NCBI GenBank assembly: GCA_005400705.1
Contig: GCA_005400705.1_4079.1
Length of the DNA: 64,000 bases
Reading direction: 5' to 3' (one strand)
DNA from: Escherichia coli
Lineage (GTDB): Bacteria; Pseudomonadota; Gammaproteobacteria; Enterobacterales; Enterobacteriaceae
Part shown: positions 9,938 through 18,390 of the stretch, in pieces
Layout: every line of letters begins with the position of its first letter
How positions within the stretch are numbered: the first letter of the stretch is position 1
The notes under the pieces: generated by a model
What the model was told of the DNA's origin: nothing
What the model saw: the letters and a program-made list of their open reading frames with translations, nothing else
The model's database searches: none
Position numbers and translations under genes: made by a program

Positions 9938-10558
9938 ATGCGTAGCATGATAATTCTACTGATGTTGATGCAATCAACGTCACGTATATTCATTGATGTT
10001 TCCATAGGAATAATGATGGCATTTATTAGAAAAGAAAAAACTGTTACTTATAAAACTTTGAATTTTGATGATTGCATTAATCAATCACAAGACGAAGATA
10101 TCTTTACTGGATATGTGGTTATTAAAGAAAAAGGATGCATTTCTTATATAAAGGAATTACAAAATGGAATTGAAGTGACTTCAGTTAAATTACTTCCTAC
10201 TCAAAAACCAACAATATCAAAAGCCCAGTATGGTAATTATTTTGAAGAAAGATATAGTAATAATTCAATAAGTGTTAAGGCTCATATTATTAAAGGAGAA
10301 CTAGAAGGAGAATATAGAAAATACAACCCACAAGGAAAATGTGTTTGGGTTAAATACTTCAATTCAGGATATGATGTAACATCTGAAATTATAGAATTCT
10401 TGGGTTTAAAATGTACCCCTGAGACTATTCATGATTACAAGTTCAATACTGAAGAAGAGTTTAATCTGATGATGCGTTACGGTTCACATTTTAAATTTTT
10501 ATATGAATATAACATTGACAGTAGTACTTTTGATAAGATAGTACACAACTGTCTCTAA
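9938..10558 (+). CDS. hypothetical protein with MORN/YwqK-like repeat signature
   Basis: ORF track; GEYRKYNPQGKCVWVKYFNSG resembles MORN-type repeats; start could be an internal ATG. Confidence 0.45.
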   Translation: MRSMIILLMLMQSTSRIFIDVSIGIMMAFIRKEKTVTYKTLNFDDCINQSQDEDIFTGYVVIKEKGCISYIKELQNGIEVTSVKLLPTQKPTISKAQYGNYFEERYSNNSISVKAHIIKGELEGEYRKYNPQGKCVWVKYFNSGYDVTSEIIEFLGLKCTPETIHDYKFNTEEEFNLMMRYGSHFKFLYEYNIDSSTFDKIVHNCL

Positions 10559-10574
10559 CAAAAGGAATTATATA

Positions 10575-11096
10575 ATGTCGAAGAAGGATGCTTCGAAAAA
10601 ACATTCAGTACATTTCAGTACTGGAAAAGATAACTGGACAACTCCCAAAGATTTCTTTGAAGATTTGGATGAGTTATGGGGATTTACACTTGATGCTGCT
10701 TGTGTTGATGAGACTGCATTGTGTGATAATTTTTTCACTCCAGAAGATGATTCACTATCACAGGATTGGGGAAATAATATAGTTTGGTTGAATCCACCAT
10801 ACAGTGACTTGAAAACTTGGTTATCTAAAGCAGTAGATGCATATAATAACGGGGCAACTGTAGTTATTCTTGTACCCTCAAGAACCGACACAATTGCTTT
10901 TCAGGATTATGCTGCTAAAATATGTGATTGTATTTGTTTTATTAAGGGAAGATTACGATTTGGTATACCAGAAGAACCCGATAAGAAAACAGATTCAGCA
11001 CCATTTCCTTCGTGTCTGATAGTACTGGATAAGTACTTAACCACTGCTAAAATCAATTATCTTAAATCTCTTGGGTTGGTGATGAAGAATTTATGA
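10575..11096 (+). CDS. DNA N6-adenine methyltransferase (phage Dam-like)
   Basis: AAAGGA Shine-Dalgarno; catalytic NPPY motif (VWLNPPYSD) typical of N6-adenine/N4-cytosine methyltransferases. Confidence 0.8.
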   Translation: MSKKDASKKHSVHFSTGKDNWTTPKDFFEDLDELWGFTLDAACVDETALCDNFFTPEDDSLSQDWGNNIVWLNPPYSDLKTWLSKAVDAYNNGATVVILVPSRTDTIAFQDYAAKICDCICFIKGRLRFGIPEEPDKKTDSAPFPSCLIVLDKYLTTAKINYLKSLGLVMKNL

Positions 11097-11626
11097 AAGA
11101 AACATGTGTATTAACGTTTGGTCGTATTAATCCTGTACATCGTGGACATGGTTTAGTTTTTGAAAAGGCCAAAACATTACAAGAACAGTACAATGCTGAT
11201 TTAAAAATATATCTAAGCACCAGTACTGACAATATAAAAAACCCACTCCCACCTGAACTAAAAATGTATTATACAGAGGGATTCTATCCTTCAGTGCAAG
11301 AGAACATCTACACAGAAGACAATCTGTTTGATATAATGAGAGAACTGGATGGAAAGTACTTAGATGTTCTTTTCATATGTGGTTCTGACCGTATTGATTC
11401 TTTTCAAAAAACTCTTGACATGTACAATGGTAAGTTGTATAATTTTTGTAGTATAAAAGCAATTCAGGCAGGTATTGACCGTAATGTAAGTCAATATAGC
11501 TCAACACAAATGCGTAACTTCGCAAAAAATGAAGATTTTGATAGTTTTCGTGAGTTTTTACCTGGAAATGACGAGGACTTAAAAATACAATTATTTGAAG
11601 ACGTTATAAAATACATGAGGAAATAA
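11093..11626 (+). CDS. HxGH-family nucleotidyltransferase, NMN/NaMN adenylyltransferase-like
   Basis: TFGRINPVHRGH (H/TxGH motif) and later SSTQMRN (ISSTxIR-like) typical of NadD/NMNAT-class enzymes; ATGA overlap with methyltransferase gene. Confidence 0.55.
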   Translation: MKETCVLTFGRINPVHRGHGLVFEKAKTLQEQYNADLKIYLSTSTDNIKNPLPPELKMYYTEGFYPSVQENIYTEDNLFDIMRELDGKYLDVLFICGSDRIDSFQKTLDMYNGKLYNFCSIKAIQAGIDRNVSQYSSTQMRNFAKNEDFDSFREFLPGNDEDLKIQLFEDVIKYMRK

Positions 11627-11628
11627 TT

Positions 11629-11922
11629 ATGTCAGTACTGTTCAAAACCAATCCAGTACTTTGGGATCAAAATGAGCAATCAGGATTTCGTTCCATCCAT
11701 GTTGAATACAAAGGTAATACTGTAGTTGCAATTATTGCTAACAAAACTCTAGGAAACTGGACTGCACAGGTTGTTCCTATGGGATATTCTTACACATCTG
11801 ATGAGGTTCAATTCCTGGCTGAACTATATCGTCAAGTGCCGTTTATCATTAATGTACTAGAAGGTAATGATACATTATCACATGAAGATGTGATTAATTT
11901 TCTTGGAAACTTACATGTGTGA
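11629..11922 (+). CDS. hypothetical protein (97 aa)
   Basis: ORF track; GAGGAAATAATTATG. Confidence 0.5.
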   Translation: MSVLFKTNPVLWDQNEQSGFRSIHVEYKGNTVVAIIANKTLGNWTAQVVPMGYSYTSDEVQFLAELYRQVPFIINVLEGNDTLSHEDVINFLGNLHV

Positions 11923-12202
11923 TGAAATAAATCTTACAGGATATTTTTTACAAGAATCAATGATTAAATTTAGTGATAAATTTTCAGTACTGGATGGTAT
12001 CGAAATGTGGCATGTCAAACCACTGTTCCACACTTTCAGTAAAGAGCACAAAATGTTATTGACTGAAGCCAGTAAATCAAATAACATATGTGAAATCAAA
12101 ATTGGTGTAAATGTCTATAAAGGGATGGTTATCTTTTTTGACAATAACAGCAACTACTTTTATATTGTTAAGGAGCATTACGTTGACAAATACAAATACT
12201 AA
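11903..12202 (+). CDS. hypothetical protein (99 aa)
   Basis: ORF track. Confidence 0.5.
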   Translation: METYMCDEINLTGYFLQESMIKFSDKFSVLDGIEMWHVKPLFHTFSKEHKMLLTEASKSNNICEIKIGVNVYKGMVIFFDNNSNYFYIVKEHYVDKYKY

Positions 12203-12797
12203 TACATATTTCCGTTATCTTCGCTTAGGTCTTTCCCTACGTCCGATCCGTGGAAAGTGCGATTCACTCGCTGACCTTGACTATGCATATGCATTACATC
12301 ATGAAGGTGTACAGTATGTATTGGGTGATTATGGTGAATTTGAAGAAACAAATGACAGTACTGGAATTAATGCTGGTGTAGAAAATCTTAACAACATTGC
12401 TAACAGTTCTCGCCATGACATTGTGTTACAGATTCAAAACTTTATTGAGCAGCACACAGGTAAACGTGTTTGGTGCTATGTCGGTACGGATGCACAAATG
12501 TCAATTTCATTCGGTAACGATGAAGGATATGTTGCACAGCTTATTATGGATTTTGAATCTGAAGAGAAGTTTTTAGAATTCAAAGAAAAGATTATTCAGT
12601 CACTTGTTGATATGGGTATCCCCGAAGATAAAATGCCAGAAGTCCAAAACATTGATGAATTTGTTTTGATTCCATCTGATGAGAAATATGATGCAATGTT
12701 TACTGCTCTTAATATTCCAGGAGTTATTGTGGAGTACTTTGATGATGGTGATGATAGTATCTATATCGATCTAGATGACGATGACGACGATGAATAA
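12111..12797 (+). CDS. hypothetical protein with poly-acidic C-terminus (DDGDDSIYIDLDDDDDDE); start uncertain
   Basis: ORF track; 92-nt overlap with upstream gene; no internal in-frame ATG until far downstream. Confidence 0.4.
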   Translation: MSIKGWLSFLTITATTFILLRSITLTNTNTNTYFRYLRLGLSLRPIRGKCDSLADLDYAYALHHEGVQYVLGDYGEFEETNDSTGINAGVENLNNIANSSRHDIVLQIQNFIEQHTGKRVWCYVGTDAQMSISFGNDEGYVAQLIMDFESEEKFLEFKEKIIQSLVDMGIPEDKMPEVQNIDEFVLIPSDEKYDAMFTALNIPGVIVEYFDDGDDSIYIDLDDDDDDE

Positions 12798-12803
12798 TGT
12801 ACA

Positions 12804-12831
12804 TAGCCCGACATAAGTTCGGGCTATTTTT
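12804..12831 (+). terminator. rho-independent terminator
   Basis: stem TAGCCCG...CGGGCTA followed by TTTTT. Confidence 0.75.
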
Positions 12832-12843
12832 GTAAGGGGATAT

Positions 12844-13119
12844 ATGAATTATAAAGTTCTACAATATACATACAGTGTTTTGTTTGATTTACATCACAAT
12901 GGAAGATATCTCAATACAATACGAGAAAACACATTCACTCATACTATCTGGATTAATCACTTAATAATGATACGTGAATATTTTGTTAATAGTGAGATAA
13001 TCATTCGTGGTAAAAAACAGAAGATAGAACAAGTTAATAGTTTTGGTGGTAAATTAGTACTATCATTTATAGATAGTAATACTAATGAAAGATATAGTAT
13101 AGATTTGGTGGACATATGA
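12844..13119 (+). CDS. small protein, tandem paralog array member
   Basis: AAGGGGATATATG; N-terminal YxxLxDL-type motif shared with following ORFs. Confidence 0.5.
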   Translation: MNYKVLQYTYSVLFDLHHNGRYLNTIRENTFTHTIWINHLIMIREYFVNSEIIIRGKKQKIEQVNSFGGKLVLSFIDSNTNERYSIDLVDI

Positions 13120-13382
13120 ATTATAAAGATTTCCTACTAACATACAAGATTATTCGAGATTTAGCACACGACAATGATAGCCCTAGTCTAGAAGACACAT
13201 GCACTGAAATGATTCATACAATTCGTGGTAAGATTAAAAAAAAATTCAGTACTGTTATTATTGGTGATGACCATGCAGAATTTTCTGATATAATCATTAG
13301 ACGTGATGGTAAAGTTGAGGTTCAGTACTACACTGATTTTGGATTTACCAGTATTCCGTTGGAGATATTCCCTTGGGATTAA
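13116..13382 (+). CDS. small protein, tandem paralog array member
   Basis: ATGA overlap; MNYKDFLLTYKIIRDL N-terminus similar to upstream ORF (MNYKVLQYTYSVLFDL). Confidence 0.5.
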   Translation: MNYKDFLLTYKIIRDLAHDNDSPSLEDTCTEMIHTIRGKIKKKFSTVIIGDDHAEFSDIIIRRDGKVEVQYYTDFGFTSIPLEIFPWD

Positions 13383-13684
13383 ATTTAAATGATATACAAT
13401 TCACTTATAAGATCCTATATGATTTGTATGATTTATACCTTGTTAGTAACAAAATAGGTTCACATAACTCATCCAAAGAACAACCATTTATTGATTTATA
13501 TATTGAGTACTTAGATTCAGTAGGTGAATATATAAAAAAGAATTACAGTACTTTTAACGATGGAAATGATATATTCGAGTTCTCTGGAGTTAAATCATAC
13601 AATGGGATTATCCATGTTGAATTTCTTGAAATAACCGATAGGGGATTTATCGAGATTAAAGTTGTGAAGTTGGTGAATTTATAA
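13373..13684 (+). CDS. small protein, tandem paralog array member (TTG start)
   Basis: GGAG 8 nt upstream of TTG at 13373; N-terminus LNDIQFTYKILYDLY matches next ORF. Confidence 0.45.
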   Translation: MGLNLNDIQFTYKILYDLYDLYLVSNKIGSHNSSKEQPFIDLYIEYLDSVGEYIKKNYSTFNDGNDIFEFSGVKSYNGIIHVEFLEITDRGFIEIKVVKLVNL

Positions 13685-13694
13685 GAGGTTACAT

Positions 13695-14006
13695 ATGTTA
13701 TTAAATGATATACAATTCACATACAAATTTTTGTATATCCAATACGCTACGGTTGATGCTGGAGAATATCTCTACGGTGAAATCTATCGTTCGGTATGGA
13801 TAAAGTTTTTGGATGAATTACATGAATATTACCATGATTTGTGTATAGTTCGTGATAATAAAATATACAAATTCCGCGATATTGTTAGTCATAGCGGTAA
13901 GCTACGATTGGAATTAAGTACTGATAGTGATGTTGATTGGATTGGTGTAAATTTACTGGAGTTGGAGAATGAAAAACAACTTAAAGGAAATACAAGTATT
14001 TTATAA
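13695..14006 (+). CDS. small protein, tandem paralog array member
   Basis: AGAGG before ATG; N-terminus MLLNDIQFTYKFLYIQY. Confidence 0.5.
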   Translation: MLLNDIQFTYKFLYIQYATVDAGEYLYGEIYRSVWIKFLDELHEYYHDLCIVRDNKIYKFRDIVSHSGKLRLELSTDSDVDWIGVNLLELENEKQLKGNTSIL

Positions 14007-14253
14007 ATTCTTATACTTGTCATATGTAAAAGATGAGTACTATGAAAGTGTGTATTATTTTTTATGGCAACATTACCGTACTATAGTAAGAGATTTATAT
14101 ATAGGAAAATCTATCATATCCAATGGTGAAAAATGTATATGTACTGATGTTGTTAGTTTTAATGGTTCTTTAACACTGTGTTTCAGATGCGATAATAATA
14201 GTGGGTCATTTTCATTAAACGTATATCAGTTAGAAGGAATAAATTTTGAATAA
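13969..14253 (+). CDS. small protein, tandem paralog array member
   Basis: N-terminus MKNNLKEIQVFYKFLYLSY fits family; 38-nt overlap with upstream gene. Confidence 0.45.
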   Translation: MKNNLKEIQVFYKFLYLSYVKDEYYESVYYFLWQHYRTIVRDLYIGKSIISNGEKCICTDVVSFNGSLTLCFRCDNNSGSFSLNVYQLEGINFE

Positions 14254-14446
14254 ATGTCCATATTGTAACAGTACTCAATTAGCTCGTTTCCGTTTAGATT
14301 CAGACTGGGCGACTGGTGCTGGTGATTTCTTCCCTATTAATGATGATGCGGAATACACCGAAGAACAGCACAAAGATTTTGATAAATCATGGCGACCTGA
14401 CATTGAGTGCATTTATTGCCTTAATTGTGAGCGTGTTCATGACTAA
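14246..14446 (+). CDS. small zinc-ribbon protein (CxxC...CxxC)
   Basis: CPYCNS ... CIYCLNCERV cysteine pairs. Confidence 0.5.
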   Translation: MNKCPYCNSTQLARFRLDSDWATGAGDFFPINDDAEYTEEQHKDFDKSWRPDIECIYCLNCERVHD

Positions 14447-14702
14447 AGCTGAACTAATAGTTCATACATATAAAATGATATCAAGTACTAAGTTATCATA
14501 TAGTGAAGATAATCCAGTACTGGATTATTTTGTTGAATTATTGAAAGAGCATTATATTGGTAAATCACTGATTCTTAATAATATTAATTTCACGGTAAAG
14601 GATGTAGCACCTGGAAAAAACGTACTAATAGTATGTGTTACTTCATCTGATAACCCAGTATACCCAATATCAATAATTTTTGAGATATTAGGAGATTTAT
14701 GA
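14439..14702 (+). CDS. small protein, tandem paralog array member
   Basis: ATG 14439 overlaps upstream stop; MTKAELIVHTYKMISS N-terminus fits family. Confidence 0.45.
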   Translation: MTKAELIVHTYKMISSTKLSYSEDNPVLDYFVELLKEHYIGKSLILNNINFTVKDVAPGKNVLIVCVTSSDNPVYPISIIFEILGDL

Positions 14703-14989
14703 ATATCATTTTAATGCAGAAAACATATGCTATATTGGTGAAAGATTATTCCATTACTTTCGATTCACAAGAAAGTGCTCTACATAACCTATACAAAAAC
14801 GTAACACAAGAATACAGAAATATGTTTTCTGACTTAGTAGTAGGAAGGTATTTCAGTACTAGAAAATACCCAAAACTTCAAATAGTTGATGTTTCTTTTT
14901 ATTTCAATGGTCATATTACTATTCATAGTTTAGACCAAGATTCAACAACGTACTTAAACTTTTCATTTGATGAGGTAACATTTTTATGA
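14699..14989 (+). CDS. small protein, tandem paralog array member
   Basis: ATGA overlap; MNIILMQKTYAILVKDY N-terminus. Confidence 0.5.
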   Translation: MNIILMQKTYAILVKDYSITFDSQESALHNLYKNVTQEYRNMFSDLVVGRYFSTRKYPKLQIVDVSFYFNGHITIHSLDQDSTTYLNFSFDEVTFL

Positions 14990-15148
14990 GAACAGTATTT
15001 TTTATCTGGAGTCTTTTTTCATTGGCAGTACTGACAGTATGTGGGATTTGTTTCCTTTCATCAATTAATACTTGGTATATCAATTTACTATTTCCATTTG
15101 TCTGTGTTGGTTTAGGGTTTACTTTGCATAGTGTATGTAAGGATTACA

Positions 15149-15427
15149 ATGAGAACAAATGAAGTACTTATTGCTGAAACAATGAAGATGATTTACAATA
15201 TCACGTCAGCACAGAATATGCCCTATCCAACTAAGTCTTTATTGAGGACTGTGTATCTGGGGATAGTACAGGAGTACTACAAATCCAAGCACCGAAGCAT
15301 TATTAGTGTTTATCGTGATTATGAAAGGATTCGTATTTTATTCTGGAACAAGAATCGAGTACGTTCTGAATGTGACCTAGTGGACTTTAAATTAGAGAAT
15401 CTTTATTGCTATAAACAGGGACAATAG
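15149..15427 (+). CDS. hypothetical protein (92 aa)
   Basis: AAGGA 5 nt upstream of ATG 15149 (ORF-track start at 15131 is GTG). Confidence 0.45.
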   Translation: MRTNEVLIAETMKMIYNITSAQNMPYPTKSLLRTVYLGIVQEYYKSKHRSIISVYRDYERIRILFWNKNRVRSECDLVDFKLENLYCYKQGQ

Positions 15428-15436
15428 TTTAATTCA

Positions 15437-15445
15437 TGATATAAT
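15437..15445 (+). promoter_or_regulatory. extended -10 promoter element TGATATAAT
   Basis: exact TGnTATAAT match upstream of gene at 15486. Confidence 0.4.
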
Positions 15446-15485
15446 AATGGGTAAGGAACAATAATTAACACAAGGAGTGTGTGAA

Positions 15486-16214
15486 ATGCTTGACCGTATC
15501 CGTTTCGCTACAGAGATGGCGAATGAATTAAACATGGCAAATTTCCAAATGTTAACATCAGTAATGGCTGAACATGCATGTGCTTATTCTGTAAGTGGTG
15601 TGCAGTGTGGTCAGGAGAATATGTTAGCAGATGTTTATAGTGAAGTGCAAAGTAAGCAATATAGTGTAAAGACATATAAGGATAAGTTTGTTAGTCTTTA
15701 TATGAACGAAGATATTGCCGAAGACCGTAAATTCACTGATTTTATTATTGAACGACGAGTATCAGGTGTATCTAATCCTAATGCATCAAGCGAGGAAGTT
15801 TTTGCAGAAGTACTGAAAGATATATACGAAAATGAATTAAAAAGTAAGAATCATTACAATGTACGTGAAACTAACACAGTGCTCTTGGGATATGATGAAG
15901 ACGAAGAATACTATTATTTTCGTATGACTGAAGTTCCTTTTGAATACAAATCTCCATATACAACTACAGTGAAAGAATTTACTGAAAAAAGTAAAAACTT
16001 CATGAAGCATGAAGGAAATCGTTGTAGTATAAATGGTTACGACGAAAATGGCATTCACATTTATGAATGGGTTCACCCAAATTGTCAGACATACACTCGT
16101 TGCTTGAAAAAACGTTATAATTTAGAAGAGCATGAATCATTCTATTTTAAAGTTAAGAAGCAAGGTTACACTCGCCCCGCCGATTCTGAATTGATGGGTA
16201 TGATATATTTCTAA
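15486..16214 (+). CDS. hypothetical protein (242 aa)
   Basis: AGGAG 8 nt upstream of ATG 15486 (ORF-track start 15477 is GTG). Confidence 0.5.
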   Translation: MLDRIRFATEMANELNMANFQMLTSVMAEHACAYSVSGVQCGQENMLADVYSEVQSKQYSVKTYKDKFVSLYMNEDIAEDRKFTDFIIERRVSGVSNPNASSEEVFAEVLKDIYENELKSKNHYNVRETNTVLLGYDEDEEYYYFRMTEVPFEYKSPYTTTVKEFTEKSKNFMKHEGNRCSINGYDENGIHIYEWVHPNCQTYTRCLKKRYNLEEHESFYFKVKKQGYTRPADSELMGMIYF

Positions 16215-16224
16215 GGAAACTTCT

Positions 16225-16506
16225 ATGGATTTTTATCTACACACATGGACATACGAACAATATATTACATTATATCTTGAAATTATTAACACAGAACCTA
16301 GGTGTGGTTGTTGGTTCGCAGATATCATAAAAGAGTATGCTGACGAGTTCGAGTTTGTGTATCTTGGGTCTGATATATTTGTAAAAAGTGTAGGTAAAAC
16401 CGGACGAATCACTGATATAGATTACGACACTGTTAGTGTGAATTTCTATGTTGATTTTCCTGATGCTGGCGTTGATGGTGTATATTGTCTTTATGAAATA
16501 ATTTAA
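16225..16506 (+). CDS. hypothetical small protein
   Basis: ORF track; terminator follows. Confidence 0.5.
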   Translation: MDFYLHTWTYEQYITLYLEIINTEPRCGCWFADIIKEYADEFEFVYLGSDIFVKSVGKTGRITDIDYDTVSVNFYVDFPDAGVDGVYCLYEII

Positions 16507-16514
16507 ATTCTTAG

Positions 16515-16537
16515 GCCAGCGTTTGCTGGTCTTTTTT
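16515..16537 (+). terminator. rho-independent terminator
   Basis: stem CCAGC...GCTGG followed by TCTTTTTTC. Confidence 0.65.
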
Positions 16538-16550
16538 CGCAGGTACAAAG

Positions 16551-16853
16551 ATGTTCAGTATAGATTTAATTAACAGTACTATCAAAATGTTGGCTGATTT
16601 GGTGAGACAATCAAATGGAACTTTATATTCTGCAATGTATAAAATGTTTGACCGATATATCAAGGATTGTAACATATCATTATATGGACTTGCTGTTGAT
16701 ATAGACGATTACTATGGAATTAATACTTCATATAAAACAGGAATTTTAATTGGTATTAATATAAAGATGGGGTATTTCCCTTATTACTGTATAGGATTAC
16801 CAGATAATACTTTGGTAGAATATCCAGCCAGTACTATTAAATTAAGAGGATAA
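16551..16853 (+). CDS. hypothetical protein (100 aa)
   Basis: ORF track. Confidence 0.5.
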   Translation: MFSIDLINSTIKMLADLVRQSNGTLYSAMYKMFDRYIKDCNISLYGLAVDIDDYYGINTSYKTGILIGINIKMGYFPYYCIGLPDNTLVEYPASTIKLRG

Positions 16854-16860
16854 AACTAAA

Positions 16861-17439
16861 ATGAATGTATTAGAATTAAGTACTAAGCTGATTAGTATGC
16901 GTAATGAGTGGTACGATTGGTTTTATAATGGTACTGATATGGATTTTTCAAAATATCCATTTATGGAATCAGGATGTGATGCAAGATACCGCTGGTTGAG
17001 CAAAGATTGTTCTGGTTTACATATTCTAGTTGACGATAGTGGTCAGGGAATTATAAAAGATTTACTTCAAGTTGAACAACTCGTCCATGATAATTGGTGT
17101 GATAACGATCCATACCTTGGAAATATGATTTATGTAAGTGAAGATGATTGCATATTCGTTATCCAGCGTCATGGTAATTCTATGTTTTATGTAGCAGACA
17201 GCAGTACTCCAGAAGGTGCAGCAGCCGATGGTCTTATGCCTAAGATTGATATATTGGAATTTGGATTACCTGAGCACTTCCAGATTAGTACTTTATACGA
17301 TATTCCACCACTTGAGTTCTTTGAAGAATTTAAATTGTACTACAATGATCTTCAAAAATTGAGTACTGATCGACGCATTGAAATAACTGTTAAGTACATG
17401 GACGGAACGAAATTAACTGATACGGGGATAGAATTTTGA
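16861..17439 (+). CDS. hypothetical protein, FQIST-motif paralog family
   Basis: ORF track; motif PEHFQISTLYDIPPLEF. Confidence 0.5.
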   Translation: MNVLELSTKLISMRNEWYDWFYNGTDMDFSKYPFMESGCDARYRWLSKDCSGLHILVDDSGQGIIKDLLQVEQLVHDNWCDNDPYLGNMIYVSEDDCIFVIQRHGNSMFYVADSSTPEGAAADGLMPKIDILEFGLPEHFQISTLYDIPPLEFFEEFKLYYNDLQKLSTDRRIEITVKYMDGTKLTDTGIEF

Positions 17440-18125
17440 TTAAAGATTTAGATAGAATTTTATATGTACTAAGGGGTGTAATTACATTACATCCACAAAT
17501 CAATCGAATTGAAAGTACATTTCAGTTGGAGTCAAGAGAAACTCCATATTCACATATATCAAATGTAGTTGGTTCACTCAGTACTGAAGACTCGCCTTAC
17601 GATATTTGTGTATGTGAAGTACAACCAAGTTCGGATCTTGGATTTGCTATTTTTGATAAAAATCAAAATCTCATTAGTATGTTTCAGTGCAATAATCCTT
17701 TTTGGAAAACATGCCTGTATCCAGAGTGGGCGATGCTTGATCCAACCAAGAGTACCATTAAAGTTTATGACTCTAAAAATGATGAAGTCGTTATTGATTT
17801 GGATGAGTCAATGTCAGAGGAAGAACACTTTCAGCTAATGATGATGCGTGCTATGCCTGAGTACAATGCAATGATTAACACTGTGCAATACATTAAGGAT
17901 ACTATGCCATCATTGCGTACACATGAGTTTTGTCATCCTGTATTGTATGAACATTTGGATTTAGATTTCAGTACTATTAAATTTAAAGATAGTGTTATTA
18001 GATATATCCAAGAGGTTACTAAATTTGATTTTATTAGTACTATGAACAATAATCCAAAAACTAATTTTAGGCATCAGTACAATGAATCTTTGTCCGGTGG
18101 ACGCGATACAAGTTGGTGGAAATAA
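17436..18125 (+). CDS. hypothetical protein, divergent member of FQLST family
   Basis: ORF track; motif EEEHFQLMMMRAMPEYN. Confidence 0.5.
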   Translation: MIKDLDRILYVLRGVITLHPQINRIESTFQLESRETPYSHISNVVGSLSTEDSPYDICVCEVQPSSDLGFAIFDKNQNLISMFQCNNPFWKTCLYPEWAMLDPTKSTIKVYDSKNDEVVIDLDESMSEEEHFQLMMMRAMPEYNAMINTVQYIKDTMPSLRTHEFCHPVLYEHLDLDFSTIKFKDSVIRYIQEVTKFDFISTMNNNPKTNFRHQYNESLSGGRDTSWWK

Positions 18126-18126
18126 T

Positions 18127-18390
18127 ATGAATATTAAAGATAGATTACAATTACTATACACTATTGAACAGGCTGCTTTTGAACTTGTTAATAAAATCTC
18201 CGAAGAACTTCCCAAAGGAACTATAGTTCGTGTAATTGAGAGGGATTATGAATCTGGAGAAATTGAAGAACTAGTACTAACCGTGAATAAAGTAACATAC
18301 TATGAATCTGAGTTGGCTATCCAATGTATATCGGAAGATGGTAAAATATACTATTATGACACTGGTGTAGATATAGAGGTAATAAAATGA
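18127..18390 (+). CDS. hypothetical small protein
   Basis: ATG 18127 directly after upstream stop; ORF-track start 18082 would overlap 44 nt. Confidence 0.45.
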   Translation: MNIKDRLQLLYTIEQAAFELVNKISEELPKGTIVRVIERDYESGEIEELVLTVNKVTYYESELAIQCISEDGKIYYYDTGVDIEVIK

